A stretch of DNA of 47,013 nucleotides from Candidatus Sumerlaeia bacterium (GTDB lineage Bacteria; Sumerlaeota; Sumerlaeia; SLMS01; JAHLLQ01). The notes beneath the pieces were generated by a model, which was not told where the DNA came from, made no database searches, and was given only the letters and a program-made list of their open reading frames with translations. The DNA lies in NCBI GenBank assembly GCA_028284075.1, contig JANQSL010000192.1:1-47013 (forward strand), written 5' to 3'. Position 1 is the first letter of the stretch. Each line of letters starts with the position of its first letter. Position numbers and translations under genes: made by a program. Shown here one piece after another: positions 9,422 to 19,104 of the stretch.

Positions 9422-11127
9422 ATTCGCGCATTCTCGAGGCCAAGTACAGATTCGCCGCCAACGGCATTCGGAACATTCCCGGCCACATGTATTTTCACGT
9501 GGCGTTCGGGATCGGGGTGCTTCTGATTTTTCTGGCAGGTGGCGCCTGGCTCTTCCACCGTGTTTTCGAATTTCTCATGTCTCAGGAGGTTTTCGGACCG
9601 CCACTGATGGACAAGCTTGTCGGCATTGTGTTCCTTGCGTTTTTCTCGATGCTGATTTTTTCCAACCTGATTATCACGTTGTCCACCTCCTACATTTCGC
9701 GAGAAGTGGATTTCCTGATGGCGCAACCGGTCCCTCATGCCGCCATTTTTCGCCAGAAGCTGATTGAGTCCATTGTTTACAGTTCCTGGGCATTCGTGGT
9801 TCTGTCGCTGCCGTTTTTTCTGGCGTTTGGCCTGGCAAGAGATGTGACGTGGTATTTCTATCCCCTTGTCGCGCTTCTGATCATTCCGTTTCTTGCAATT
9901 CCCGCAATCATCGGATCGATTCTCACGGTGGTTGTGACAGCGTTTATTCCAGCCCGCCGAACTCGATTCCTTGTCGGAGGCCTGGTCATACTCTCCATTA
10001 TCGTTTCTTTTGTGATGGCAAGGGCGATGGGGTTGCGAAATCTCTTTGCGAGGGCGGAGGAGGAGAACTTCCTGGCGGTGATGAATTTTCTGGAATTCGG
10101 ATCATCGCCGTTTGTTCCAAGCACGTGGATGATGAACGGTGTTTTGTCCCTGGGGCCTGGAACCATGGGCCCGGCAAACCTGCCTCAGTTTGTCTACTGG
10201 TTCGCAATGCTGAGTTCCACGGCGCTTTTTCTCTGGCAGGTGTCTGAGTGGATCGTTCGGCCGTTGTATTATCGCGGCTGGTGCCTTACGAAGGATTCGT
10301 CCAGCCGGGGCGATGTCAGGAAGTCCGGGTTCTCACCGTTTGTGATTTTTGATCGCCTGATTCGATTCCTGCCGATGCGGCAGGCGGCGTTGCTGGGCAA
10401 GGATATGCGGACTTTCTGGCGTGATCCCGCACAATGGACGCAGCTGGTGATTTTGTTCGGCCTGCTGGTTATCTACACCGCGAACCTGAAGGCCGCGCGC
10501 AATTATTCCACAACGATTGAGTTTTTGGTTACCCAGTGGCGGTCAATTCTTGCCTTCTTTAACATTGGTGCCACAGGCTTCGTGTTGTCCATTTTGACGA
10601 CACGGTTCATTTACCCCATGCTGAGTCTGGAGGGGCGGCAGTTTTGGTCAATCGGTCTGGCACCGATGAGGCGAGAAACGATTGTCTGGCAGAAGTACGC
10701 GCTTTGTCTGAGTTCGGCGCTCCTGCTGTCTCTGGTGTTGCTGGTGTTGAGCAGCTGGGTTCTTCAGATTGAACCGCACCTGCAGCTTGTCGGCTTTGTG
10801 ACAACGATCCTTCTGGCGTTCGGGCTTTCTTCTCTTTCCATTGGGTTCGGAGCGTTGCTGCCCAATTTCCGTGAAGACAATCCGGCTCGTATCGCCAACG
10901 GCGTTGGAGGTACGGCGAATGCGCTGTTGTCGATGCTCTATATCGCACTGACAGTCGGGATGGTCGGGGTTCCCATGCATGTGTTTATTCAGGGGCACCT
11001 TGATAACTGGCCCTGGTGGGACACATTCTGGCCGGTGTATGTGATGGGATTTGTGGTGATTCAGATGACGGCAATTGTTCTTCCAATGTGGTTGGGACTT
11101 CGAAAGTGGCGAGAGCTGCAGTTCTGA
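9418..11127 (+). CDS. Large polytopic ABC-2-type permease ('putative ABC exporter' architecture, about 570 aa)
   Basis: ATG 9418 overlaps the ATPase stop (ATGA); more than 10 hydrophobic segments; translationally coupled to the ATPase. Confidence 0.7.
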   Translation: MNSRILEAKYRFAANGIRNIPGHMYFHVAFGIGVLLIFLAGGAWLFHRVFEFLMSQEVFGPPLMDKLVGIVFLAFFSMLIFSNLIITLSTSYISREVDFLMAQPVPHAAIFRQKLIESIVYSSWAFVVLSLPFFLAFGLARDVTWYFYPLVALLIIPFLAIPAIIGSILTVVVTAFIPARRTRFLVGGLVILSIIVSFVMARAMGLRNLFARAEEENFLAVMNFLEFGSSPFVPSTWMMNGVLSLGPGTMGPANLPQFVYWFAMLSSTALFLWQVSEWIVRPLYYRGWCLTKDSSSRGDVRKSGFSPFVIFDRLIRFLPMRQAALLGKDMRTFWRDPAQWTQLVILFGLLVIYTANLKAARNYSTTIEFLVTQWRSILAFFNIGATGFVLSILTTRFIYPMLSLEGRQFWSIGLAPMRRETIVWQKYALCLSSALLLSLVLLVLSSWVLQIEPHLQLVGFVTTILLAFGLSSLSIGFGALLPNFREDNPARIANGVGGTANALLSMLYIALTVGMVGVPMHVFIQGHLDNWPWWDTFWPVYVMGFVVIQMTAIVLPMWLGLRKWRELQF

Positions 11128-11131
11128 AGGA

Positions 11132-11992
11132 CTACATTTCCCACGGACGCAGCAGATCCGCCCAGCCGCGGTCATAGCGCGCTTTGTCGAGGCGCTCCTC
11201 CTCTTCCTCTCCCTCTGCCTCCTGAATCTGGCGCCAGGACGTGGGGCGATTCTCCGCAGCGTCGGTTCTCCGCGACGCCCTCGCCTCTGCGGCTGCAATC
11301 ACGTCATGAAGGCTGTTGATAACCATTGCCGGCAGAACAAATCCGTAAATCAACAGCCCGGCAAGTTTGAGGAAGGTCCCCAGGGTGAGAACGACGGTAA
11401 TGAAAAGGAGTACGGTCAGGGTGAGGATCGGATACTTCAACGTTGCGAGTGTTCCAAGTTTGAAACACGTCCATAGCGAGTGCCCGGTTCGCACTGCGAG
11501 CGGCAGGGTATGAGCCAGTACGCCCGCGACGATCAAAAGCAGCCAGAGGCAGAGGCCTCCAAGCACATAGCCGCCGAAGCGCCATGGCCCGGGAACTGTT
11601 CCACTGAAAAAATACCACCAGAGATTTGCCAGCAGCACGAGAGCGATGACTGCTCCACACAGGACAACGGATCCCACCCGCCGCCCGCACTTCACAATGC
11701 CGGACAGGAAATCACGTGCGGGAGGATCCTTTTCCTCGCTCACGCGCCATCCGAACCACAGCAGACCCGAAAACACAAACGTCGTGGAGATCACTGTCAC
11801 AAGAAAACCGCCACCGGCGAGCACGAGAAGGCCACTGGCTTTGGGCAGCGTTGCGGCGATGGAGAGGAGCAGCAGGCCTGAGTAGAAAAGAATCGGTCCC
11901 GCGATCAGTACGAGCAGCAGGTTGAGCAGCAGCAGGCGCCCAAGATGATCGTACGTATCCCAGAACCATTGTTTGAGAACCTGTCCAAACAT
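11132..11992 (-). CDS. Polytopic membrane protein of unknown function with an acidic C-terminal tail (EAEGEEEEERL)
   Basis: Six or more hydrophobic helices; convergent with the permease (4-nt gap). Confidence 0.5.
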   Translation of the reverse strand: MFGQVLKQWFWDTYDHLGRLLLLNLLLVLIAGPILFYSGLLLLSIAATLPKASGLLVLAGGGFLVTVISTTFVFSGLLWFGWRVSEEKDPPARDFLSGIVKCGRRVGSVVLCGAVIALVLLANLWWYFFSGTVPGPWRFGGYVLGGLCLWLLLIVAGVLAHTLPLAVRTGHSLWTCFKLGTLATLKYPILTLTVLLFITVVLTLGTFLKLAGLLIYGFVLPAMVINSLHDVIAAAEARASRRTDAAENRPTSWRQIQEAEGEEEEERLDKARYDRGWADLLRPWEM

Positions 11993-12003
11993 CCGGGAAA
12001 AGC

Positions 12004-13332
12004 TTATTCCTTGTCTTCAGGTGCAGGTGGTGTAACGCGCATGCGTCGGATGCGATGACCGTCCATTGCGGCAACCCGGAGAATCCAGCCGTTTTCCTCG
12101 AGAGTCTCGCCCCGGCGCGGAACGCGGCCAAGGCGGGCATAAACATAGCCGGCAATGGTTTCAGCGTTGAATTTGGTGATATCGAGGCCGATCTCCTCCC
12201 GCAGATCATCAATGTCAGCGGAGGGATCGACGATCCAGCCGCCCTTGATTTCAAAATACATCCGCTGAGGACGCTCGAGTTCGTCTTCAATATCGCCAAC
12301 GATTTCCTCAAGAATGTCTTCGCGGGAAAGCCAGCCGGAGGTGCCGCCGAATTCGTCGAACACGATGGCCACCTGTTGCTTGGCATGTATCATCTGTTGC
12401 AGAACCGAATCCACGCGTGCTGTTTCCGGAATGTAAAGAGGCTTTGTCATCAGCTCCCGGAGATCGCCACGGCGGTCGCCTTCCTCCTCCAGAACATCGT
12501 AGATATTGATATAGCCGGAGAGGTTGGTGATCTGGTCTTCATACACAGGGACACGAGTGTAGCCGGTGCGGCGCGCAAGATCCAGGAAGCGACGTGCCGT
12601 GTAGTCCGACAAGCGGATGGCTGTCACATGGTTAATGGGTTTCATGATTTCACGCACAAGCGTGTGTCGCAGGCGCTCGATGGAGCGCACCATATCGCGT
12701 TCGGATCGAACACGCTCTGTCTGTCCTGGTGATGTCTCGATACCGACGCTTTCCTCCGACAGTCCGAGGCGAATTTCATTGTCGCGTTCAAACAGCTGTG
12801 CTTTGGGCCGGCCTGCGCCGATGTGGTTAAAGAGCCAGTCGAATCCAGTGTGGATCTGTTCCCAGACGAGATGTCCGGCCTGGTAGGGGAGAGGCGGTTG
12901 GGCTTCGCGGTCGACAAGCCAGTTGGGGAAAGAGACTTTCTCGTTCAGTTGTGGGAACGGGAATTGTCGTGCAAAAACACCGTGCAACAGGAGTGCTGTG
13001 AGAAACGTTGTGGCGGTTAGCGCAAAAAAAAGCAGAACGATGGCTGTGACGGATCCGTTCAAACTGCCGGTGTTGATTGTTTGCCAGAGGAGTGCTGCAG
13101 CAGAGGGATAGAGGAGGAACAGGGCGGAGATTCGAGCAAGTTTTGCCGTGCTCAAAACCATTCTGGTGCGGTCGAGGCCCGTGGAAATACGAACGGGATC
13201 GGTGGATTCATCCTCCGGAGCCACTCGCAGCATGGCAGTGGCAAGACGCAGTTGGCGCGCTTCAACCAGTTCCCCCCACATGCGAAGGATGAGTGCCAGA
13301 ATCAGGAAGCCGGCGGATGTCGCGAGAATCAT
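12004..13332 (-). CDS. CNNM/HlyC/CorC-family transporter (DUF21 TM domain + CBS pair + CorC_HlyC C-domain), paralog 1
   Basis: CBS-pair region (REIMKPINHVTAIRL ... VAIVFDEFGGTSGWLSREDILEEIVGDIEDE) and C-terminal CorC/HlyC transporter-associated domain (ETIAGYVYARLGRVPRRGE). Confidence 0.8.
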   Translation of the reverse strand: MILATSAGFLILALILRMWGELVEARQLRLATAMLRVAPEDESTDPVRISTGLDRTRMVLSTAKLARISALFLLYPSAAALLWQTINTGSLNGSVTAIVLLFFALTATTFLTALLLHGVFARQFPFPQLNEKVSFPNWLVDREAQPPLPYQAGHLVWEQIHTGFDWLFNHIGAGRPKAQLFERDNEIRLGLSEESVGIETSPGQTERVRSERDMVRSIERLRHTLVREIMKPINHVTAIRLSDYTARRFLDLARRTGYTRVPVYEDQITNLSGYINIYDVLEEEGDRRGDLRELMTKPLYIPETARVDSVLQQMIHAKQQVAIVFDEFGGTSGWLSREDILEEIVGDIEDELERPQRMYFEIKGGWIVDPSADIDDLREEIGLDITKFNAETIAGYVYARLGRVPRRGETLEENGWILRVAAMDGHRIRRMRVTPPAPEDKE

Positions 13333-14738
13333 CAGGAGATTTCCCTCTGTTCCACAGGGATGGCTTCCGCGACTGCATCCGCTCCGGTTTGTTCATTACG
13401 ACGAAAAGCAACCGCAAGTATACGGGTGTTGACCACTTCGCGAACGATAAAGTGACCGCCGTCGATATCGATCTCCTCGCTTTCCTTCGGAAGGCGGCCG
13501 AATTCGTGCATCAGCAGTCCACCGAGTGTTCTCGCGACTTTTTCATCGAGATCAAGATCGAGTTGTTCGTTGATTTCCCACAGTTCCACACGACCGGAAA
13601 TGACGGCTTCATCCGGGCCCTTTCGCTCGATCCAGAATTCCTCTTCCTCTTCTTCATCAGCGATGTGCTCGCCAATAAGTGCCTCGAAGAGGTCGTGAAA
13701 GGTGACAATGCCGGCCGTGCCGCCATACTCATCGACAACAACGGCGAGATAGCTGCGCTCACGCCGCAACAATATCAGCAGGTCAGGAAGATTCGTGGCG
13801 GTGCTGACGATTGCCGGCTTGCGCAGCAAATCCATTGGGTTTCCGGGAAGGTTAAGGAGAACTTCCTTTGCCAGGAGGAACCCGGCGATACTGTCGAGGT
13901 TCTGGTCGTAAACAAGCAGACGACTGTAGCTGGTTTCATTCAGCCGTTCAAAGAGTTCCTGGCGGCCGATGTTGCGAGGGACACCTTCGAGATCCGTGCG
14001 CGGTGTCATGATGTCGCGCGCCGTACGCTCAAAGAATTCACGCACGGAATCGATCATCTCAACGGCTTCTTCCTCCATGACCGTGTCCACGGCCTGAACA
14101 TGTGGAAGAAGCCGCAGCTCGCGGTCGTGCACGAGTCCGGCGATCAGGCGGCTTTCGTTGTCGGCATGCTTCAGCGAAGAGCCAAGAGTCAGGGTTACGA
14201 GGGGCCGGACCGGTATCGTGAGAATTCTCGCAGGTGAATCGAAGATGCGAACCACGAATTCGACGTGGTTCAGTGTTATCTGACGGACAAAAATATCGAA
14301 TACCGCGAATTGAAGAACCGCCGCGAGCAGCCCTCCCGCGATACAGGCCGCGACCCACATCCCTGGCAGCATGGAAATTCCCAGAAGGGCGGAAAACAGT
14401 CCGGCTGCGAGGTTGAGAAGAAGAGTTCCGGCCCAGCAGGAGCGTTCAAGAACAGCGGCATCCGCCGGGAGTACGCTCGCAGGGACAGGAGTTTCGTCGT
14501 CCTCACCCGAGCCCTCGAGTTCTGTCAGGGCTCCGAGCGCGGTTTGCACGGAATACAGAATTCCTGCGGCAAGGGAGCAGGCCAGCACGATCATGAACAG
14601 GATTCCGGCACGAGGCAGTACGGTTGCCGAGTCTGCATCGGGCGATGTCTCGACGGCGCTCAACGCCACGGCGGCCGGTACCATCAAGGCAGTGACGAGA
14701 AGGGGTAATCGGCTGGTACTTGGAGGGTCGGAGTCCAA
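13332..14738 (-). CDS. CNNM/HlyC/CorC-family transporter (DUF21 + CBS pair + CorC_HlyC), paralog 2; its stop overlaps the start of paralog 1
   Basis: RDIMTPRTDLEGV...LAVVVDEYGGTAGIVTFHDLFEALIGEHIADEEEE followed by a CorC_HlyC-like C-terminus; 1-nt overlap with the downstream paralog. Confidence 0.8.
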   Translation of the reverse strand: MDSDPPSTSRLPLLVTALMVPAAVALSAVETSPDADSATVLPRAGILFMIVLACSLAAGILYSVQTALGALTELEGSGEDDETPVPASVLPADAAVLERSCWAGTLLLNLAAGLFSALLGISMLPGMWVAACIAGGLLAAVLQFAVFDIFVRQITLNHVEFVVRIFDSPARILTIPVRPLVTLTLGSSLKHADNESRLIAGLVHDRELRLLPHVQAVDTVMEEEAVEMIDSVREFFERTARDIMTPRTDLEGVPRNIGRQELFERLNETSYSRLLVYDQNLDSIAGFLLAKEVLLNLPGNPMDLLRKPAIVSTATNLPDLLILLRRERSYLAVVVDEYGGTAGIVTFHDLFEALIGEHIADEEEEEEFWIERKGPDEAVISGRVELWEINEQLDLDLDEKVARTLGGLLMHEFGRLPKESEEIDIDGGHFIVREVVNTRILAVAFRRNEQTGADAVAEAIPVEQREIS

Positions 14739-15023
14739 ATCAGGTCAGGTCAGGCGTTCACGGTGAGTATCAGTGTTTCCTTGAGACATGATTCGCTAGG
14801 GTACGAGCGGCGCCTTCGTCAAGGGAGGAAACCTGTATTTTGGGTGAATTGAGGGCTCAAAGAGCCAGGCTCCCCGGGCCATTGCAACAGGCAGATCGAT
14901 GTGCGCAGCGGGTCCGGCAACGGCTACACCCTGGATTTCAATCCAACAGCATGGATTACGGCATTCCGAGAGCTTTCCGCTTTCTTCGAGCGGGCAGTCC
15001 TGCAGGAGCGACCGGTTGGCTCT

Positions 15024-16226
15024 TCAGTCTTTCCGAGGCGGATCCTCTGTGTTGGCGCCGAGCGCTCCGGCACGCCGCGCCCAGCGTTCTCGTGCAAGTT
15101 CCTGCATGTCTTTCGTTTTGTCCGCCTCGTCGACGATCTCCGTACCAACGAGTGTTTCAAGGGCGTCTTCCAGGGTGACAACCCCCTCCGTGCCTCCGAA
15201 CTCATCGAACACGAGAGCAATGTGCTCCTGGCTATCCAGAAGCTTCTCGAGAAAGCCGGAAATAGACAGTTTCGACGGGACTGTCATCAGGTCCCGGCGA
15301 AAATCGGAAACGGGGCGATGACCGTGGTTTTCCGCCTTTGCGAGAAGCAGATCGCTCTTGAGCGCGAAGCCAATGACATCATCGAGGTCTTTTCCGTAAA
15401 GAGGAAGACGTGAAAACGAATCCTGTGCATGCTCATCGATTGCCTCCGAGACGGATGTGTCCCGTTGGATGGCGGAGATAACGGTTCGGGGCGTCATGAT
15501 GTCGCGGACGGTGAGTGATTCGAGGAGGAACAGGTTGGAGATGATCCGCGACTCCTCTTCTTTCAGATAACCGGACTGCCCGCCCATGCGTGCCATTGCG
15601 ACGAATTCCTCCCGATCAAAGGAATGACCGGTTCGGCCGCGGGCGATCAGTTTGGTGAGTGCCTCGGAAACGACAATGAGTGGGTACATTATGACGATCA
15701 GGCTTCGAATAAAGAGAGCTGCAGGCCATGAAAGAGCGCGCCAATAAAGGGCACCAAGGGTTTTAGGGACAATTTCAGAGAGGAACAGAATCAGCAGCGT
15801 CATCACGGCGGAGAAGACTCCGAACCAGGCGCTGCCAAAAACCACCGTTGCTTTGGCTCCCGATCCGATGGCGCCGACGGTATGGGCGATCGTGTTGAGT
15901 GTCAGGATTGCGGCGAGAGACCGGTCGACGTTGTCCTGCTTGAGTTTTTGGAGCAGCTCCGCTCGTCGCGGGTGGGTCTCTTCAAGTCTGGCGACAAAGG
16001 ATGGCGTGATACTGAGAAGCACCGCTTCGGCGATGGAGCAGAGGAAGGAGAAGACGAGCGCCAGAAACACATATGCCAAAAGCATCACGACATCCGTACT
16101 GTCATGGCTCGCGGTTGTTTCAGCCGATTGCGGAACTCCGGCGGCATAAAGGATCCCGGTCAGGCCGGGAAAGCAGAGAGCGACTGCCAGGATCTTTGCC
16201 CATGCAGGGCGGGTTACGATCTTCAA
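15024..16226 (-). CDS. CNNM-family (DUF21 + CBS pair) membrane protein, paralog 3, lacking the CorC_HlyC domain; TTG start
   Basis: VRDIMTPRTVISAIQRD...IALVFDEFGGTEGVVTLEDALETLVGTEIVDEAD. The start codon at 16224-16226 reads TTG (the ORF track translated it as M). The N-terminal 25 aa look like a signal peptide. Confidence 0.75.
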   Translation of the reverse strand: MKIVTRPAWAKILAVALCFPGLTGILYAAGVPQSAETTASHDSTDVVMLLAYVFLALVFSFLCSIAEAVLLSITPSFVARLEETHPRRAELLQKLKQDNVDRSLAAILTLNTIAHTVGAIGSGAKATVVFGSAWFGVFSAVMTLLILFLSEIVPKTLGALYWRALSWPAALFIRSLIVIMYPLIVVSEALTKLIARGRTGHSFDREEFVAMARMGGQSGYLKEEESRIISNLFLLESLTVRDIMTPRTVISAIQRDTSVSEAIDEHAQDSFSRLPLYGKDLDDVIGFALKSDLLLAKAENHGHRPVSDFRRDLMTVPSKLSISGFLEKLLDSQEHIALVFDEFGGTEGVVTLEDALETLVGTEIVDEADKTKDMQELARERWARRAGALGANTEDPPRKD

Positions 16227-16548
16227 TGCGATTCTCCAACTCTTCCGATGGGATGAAGTCTGAGGCTGTGTGCGTCAAGCATTCCTCCTCACGCCGATCA
16301 TACAGTCGAAACAAAAAACACGCGATTCCCTCACATCGAGCAAACAGTCGGTGATCAACAAACAATCCTTCGGTGTTTCATCATCACCGTCCTCGTTTGT
16401 TAGCGCTTTGTTCGTTTCATATGTGGACCCGTGAAATCGGGATTCCCCGCTTGCGATCCGTAATCCGGCAAGCACAGTCCCGCCGCGTTTGGTTCGGTGA
16501 AAGTTGCTTCAGACTCCGGTTGAACAAGACAGAAAGGGATTTCCCTGA

Positions 16549-17331
16549 ATGAAAACTGCCCGGGCATGGCGGCCACTGTTACTCGCGGTGATGGCACTTG
16601 GATTTTCCACAGATATGGCTGTCGCCAATGAGACTGCGGCCGAGATAAGGCAGGCTCGTTCCTCCCTGGAGGAGTGGGTCGAGACCAGGCGGGTCATTTC
16701 GAAGGAAAAGCGGGATCTCGCTCTCTCAAAGGAAATGCTTGGAGAGCGAATCACGCTGGTTCAGCGGGAGATCGAGTCGCTTCGAGAGAAAATCTCCGAA
16801 GCGGAAAAAAGTGTCGCTGAAGCGGACAGGAAGCGCGAAACTCTGATAGAGGAAAACGACCAGCTGAAAAAAGCCTCTGCGGCACTGGCTCACTTGCTCG
16901 CCTCCCTTGAACAGCGTACGGCGGATCTTCTTGGACGCCTGCCGGAACCCATTCGCGAGCGCGTTCGTCCTCTGAGCCAGCGGATTCCCAAAGATTCCGA
17001 AGAAACGAAGCTTTCAATGTCGGAGCGTTTTCAGAACGTCGTTGGCATTCTCAACGAGATAAACAAGTTCAATCGTGAGATCACTGTGACCAGCGAAGTG
17101 CGGAAGCTTCCTGACGGGACTTCGGCGGAAGTGACGGCACTCTATCTTGGCATTGGTCAGGCGTTCTACACAGGTTCGAGCGGCACCATCGCGGGTGTCG
17201 GCAGAGCGACGGAGACTGATTGGACATGGGAGTCTGCCAACGAAGCCGCGGAGGAGATCGCAGGTCTCGTTGCCATCCTGCAAAACGAACAGGTGGCTTC
17301 CTTTGTTCACGTACCTGTCAACATCAAGTGA
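16549..17331 (+). CDS. Periplasmic coiled-coil protein, DUF3450/TtpB-like; first gene of the TonB2-type cluster
   Basis: Signal peptide then long heptad-rich coiled coil (EIESLREKISEAEKSVAEAD...). Its position immediately upstream of a large MotA/ExbB-family gene matches Vibrio ttpB-ttpC-exbB-exbD-tonB2-ttpD (recalled, not searched). Confidence 0.6.
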   Translation: MKTARAWRPLLLAVMALGFSTDMAVANETAAEIRQARSSLEEWVETRRVISKEKRDLALSKEMLGERITLVQREIESLREKISEAEKSVAEADRKRETLIEENDQLKKASAALAHLLASLEQRTADLLGRLPEPIRERVRPLSQRIPKDSEETKLSMSERFQNVVGILNEINKFNREITVTSEVRKLPDGTSAEVTALYLGIGQAFYTGSSGTIAGVGRATETDWTWESANEAAEEIAGLVAILQNEQVASFVHVPVNIK

Positions 17332-17353
17332 GGGTGACTTCACCACTGTGACT

Positions 17354-19102
17354 ATGAAACGACTTCTTCTTTTTGTGTCCTGCCTGATGATTGGCGTGTT
17401 CGCTCACGGCCAGGAAGGACCGGATTCCGGCAGAGAAGCCTTCGGCAATGCCGTTGGCTCCGTTCAGCAGAAGCTTGAGGCAAGCATTGCTGAACTCAAT
17501 CAGCTTCGTGAGCGCACAGCGGAGGAAACCATTCCTCTCAGCCGGGAACTTCGTGAGCTTGAGGACCAGCTGACAGAGGTTCGCTCCGAGTTTCAACAAA
17601 CGACCCGGATTCTCGACAGCCGTACACTGGATCTCAGCAATCTTCGCACAGAGATTCAGCGCCGTGAGCAGGAGGCGACGTATCTGTCGAACCTGCTTGG
17701 CGAATACATTCGTAATTTTGAGTCACGTCTGCACATAGCGGAACTTCAGCTCTATCGTGAGACACTGGAAGAGGCGAGGCTTGCTCCTGAGAACAGTGCG
17801 CTCTCCGAAGAGGAGGTTTTTCATGTCCAGGCAAACATGCTTTCCGCTTCGTTGGATCGTCTCGACGAATCCCTGGGCGGTGACCGCTTCAACGGGGCGG
17901 CCGTCGACACGGCGGGGATTGTAAAGAATGGCACTTTTGTGCTTCTCGGTCCTGCCGCGATTTTCAGCTCCGACGACGGCGAAATCGTGGGAACCGCCGA
18001 GCAGCGCCTCGGGTCTCTTGAGGCTGCGGCAATCCCTTTCAATGATGCGGAAAACATGGAAGCCGCGAGGAATCTCATTGCCGGTTCCACGGGGTTCTTT
18101 CCTTTGGACCCGACTCTTGGCAACGCTCACAAGATTGAGGAGACAGAAGAGACCTTTATCGAACACGTTCGCAAGGGCGGACCGGTCATGATTCCGATCT
18201 TCTGTCTTGCGGGTGCGGCGTTGCTTGTCGCGTTGTTCAAATGGTTCTGCATGATTCTGGTCAGGAATCCCTCTCAGGGGCGAATTAACAGGCTGCTGCT
18301 GGCTGTTGAGAAGCATGACCGGGAGGTTCTTGCAAAAGAGGAGAAAGCTCTTCGCAAGCCTCGTGTTCATCCCGTATTCGACTGGTTGTATGGAGGGCTT
18401 TTCGGAGCGGCATTCGGAGCCGCCGCCTGGAGCATCCACCGGGTCGATCTCGGAAGTTTTGTATCACCCATCAATCTTGGCACGGACGTTACCGTTTATG
18501 TGATCGCCTTCGCGGCGGGAGGTGCCGCGCTTCAGTTCCTGCTGATGCGTATCGTCGGTTCATCGCCCGTCGGAAGAATGCTGGCTGTTGGAATCGACCA
18601 TGTCACGGAGCCGCCGGAATTAATCGAGGAAGTCATGTATGAACAGATGCTCTCGACGCGGCTGAGTCTGGAACGATTCCTTCCCTTTGTCGCCATCAGC
18701 GCCGCCGCCGCTCCGTTGCTTGGCCTTTTGGGAACAGTGACCGGTATCATTAACACGTTCAAACTGATTACGGTTTTTGGCTCGGGCGATGTCAAGACAC
18801 TCTCCGGCGGTATTTCCGAGGCACTTGTTACGACCGAGTTCGGTCTTATTGTTGCCATTCCGTCCCTGCTGATTCACGCGTTTCTATCGCGGAAGGCGCG
18901 CGGTGTTGTGAATCAGATGGAAAAGGCGGCTGTTGCTTTTGTGAATCAGGTCAGCAAGACTCCCTTTGCCGACAGTGACGGCAACGGCAGGACGATTCCT
19001 CCGCGGACCTCTCCCGAACCGGACGTGAAGAGAGCGGCCCCGGAATCACCCGACACGCAGGAGATTCCTGAAACCGAACCTCAGCTCGTCGGCAGCCAAT
19101 AA
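17354..19102 (+). CDS. TtpC-like large MotA/TolQ/ExbB-family protein (signal peptide, long periplasmic coiled-coil domain, C-terminal 3-TM proton-channel domain)
   Basis: C-terminal LLGLLGTVTGIINTF...SGGISEALVTTEFGLIVAIPSLL is the ExbB/TolQ signature. ATG 17354 chosen; the ORF-track start at 17147 overlaps the upstream gene. Confidence 0.7.
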   Translation: MKRLLLFVSCLMIGVFAHGQEGPDSGREAFGNAVGSVQQKLEASIAELNQLRERTAEETIPLSRELRELEDQLTEVRSEFQQTTRILDSRTLDLSNLRTEIQRREQEATYLSNLLGEYIRNFESRLHIAELQLYRETLEEARLAPENSALSEEEVFHVQANMLSASLDRLDESLGGDRFNGAAVDTAGIVKNGTFVLLGPAAIFSSDDGEIVGTAEQRLGSLEAAAIPFNDAENMEAARNLIAGSTGFFPLDPTLGNAHKIEETEETFIEHVRKGGPVMIPIFCLAGAALLVALFKWFCMILVRNPSQGRINRLLLAVEKHDREVLAKEEKALRKPRVHPVFDWLYGGLFGAAFGAAAWSIHRVDLGSFVSPINLGTDVTVYVIAFAAGGAALQFLLMRIVGSSPVGRMLAVGIDHVTEPPELIEEVMYEQMLSTRLSLERFLPFVAISAAAAPLLGLLGTVTGIINTFKLITVFGSGDVKTLSGGISEALVTTEFGLIVAIPSLLIHAFLSRKARGVVNQMEKAAVAFVNQVSKTPFADSDGNGRTIPPRTSPEPDVKRAAPESPDTQEIPETEPQLVGSQ

Positions 19103-19104
19103 CA

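Noticed and set aside
13293-14237. 314-aa + strand ORF
   Set aside because: Lies entirely antisense to the second CNNM/CorC gene, whose CBS and CorC domains are unambiguous.
16255-16320. Candidate 19-codon upstream ORF (ATGCTTGACGCACAC...TGA) overlapping the TTG start of CNNM paralog 3
   Set aside because: The GGAGGA lies directly against the ATG (zero spacing), there is no conservation evidence, and it could be chance. Kept only as part of the leader-region hypothesis.
17147-17353. N-terminal extension of the TtpC-like gene overlapping the DUF3450-like gene
   Set aside because: The signal peptide begins at the internal ATG 17354; the extension has no features and overlaps the upstream CDS by 185 nt. 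Similar over-extended starts were trimmed at 9361, 20827, 23670, 25521, 43115, 5809, 6308, 7598, 40828 and 41746.
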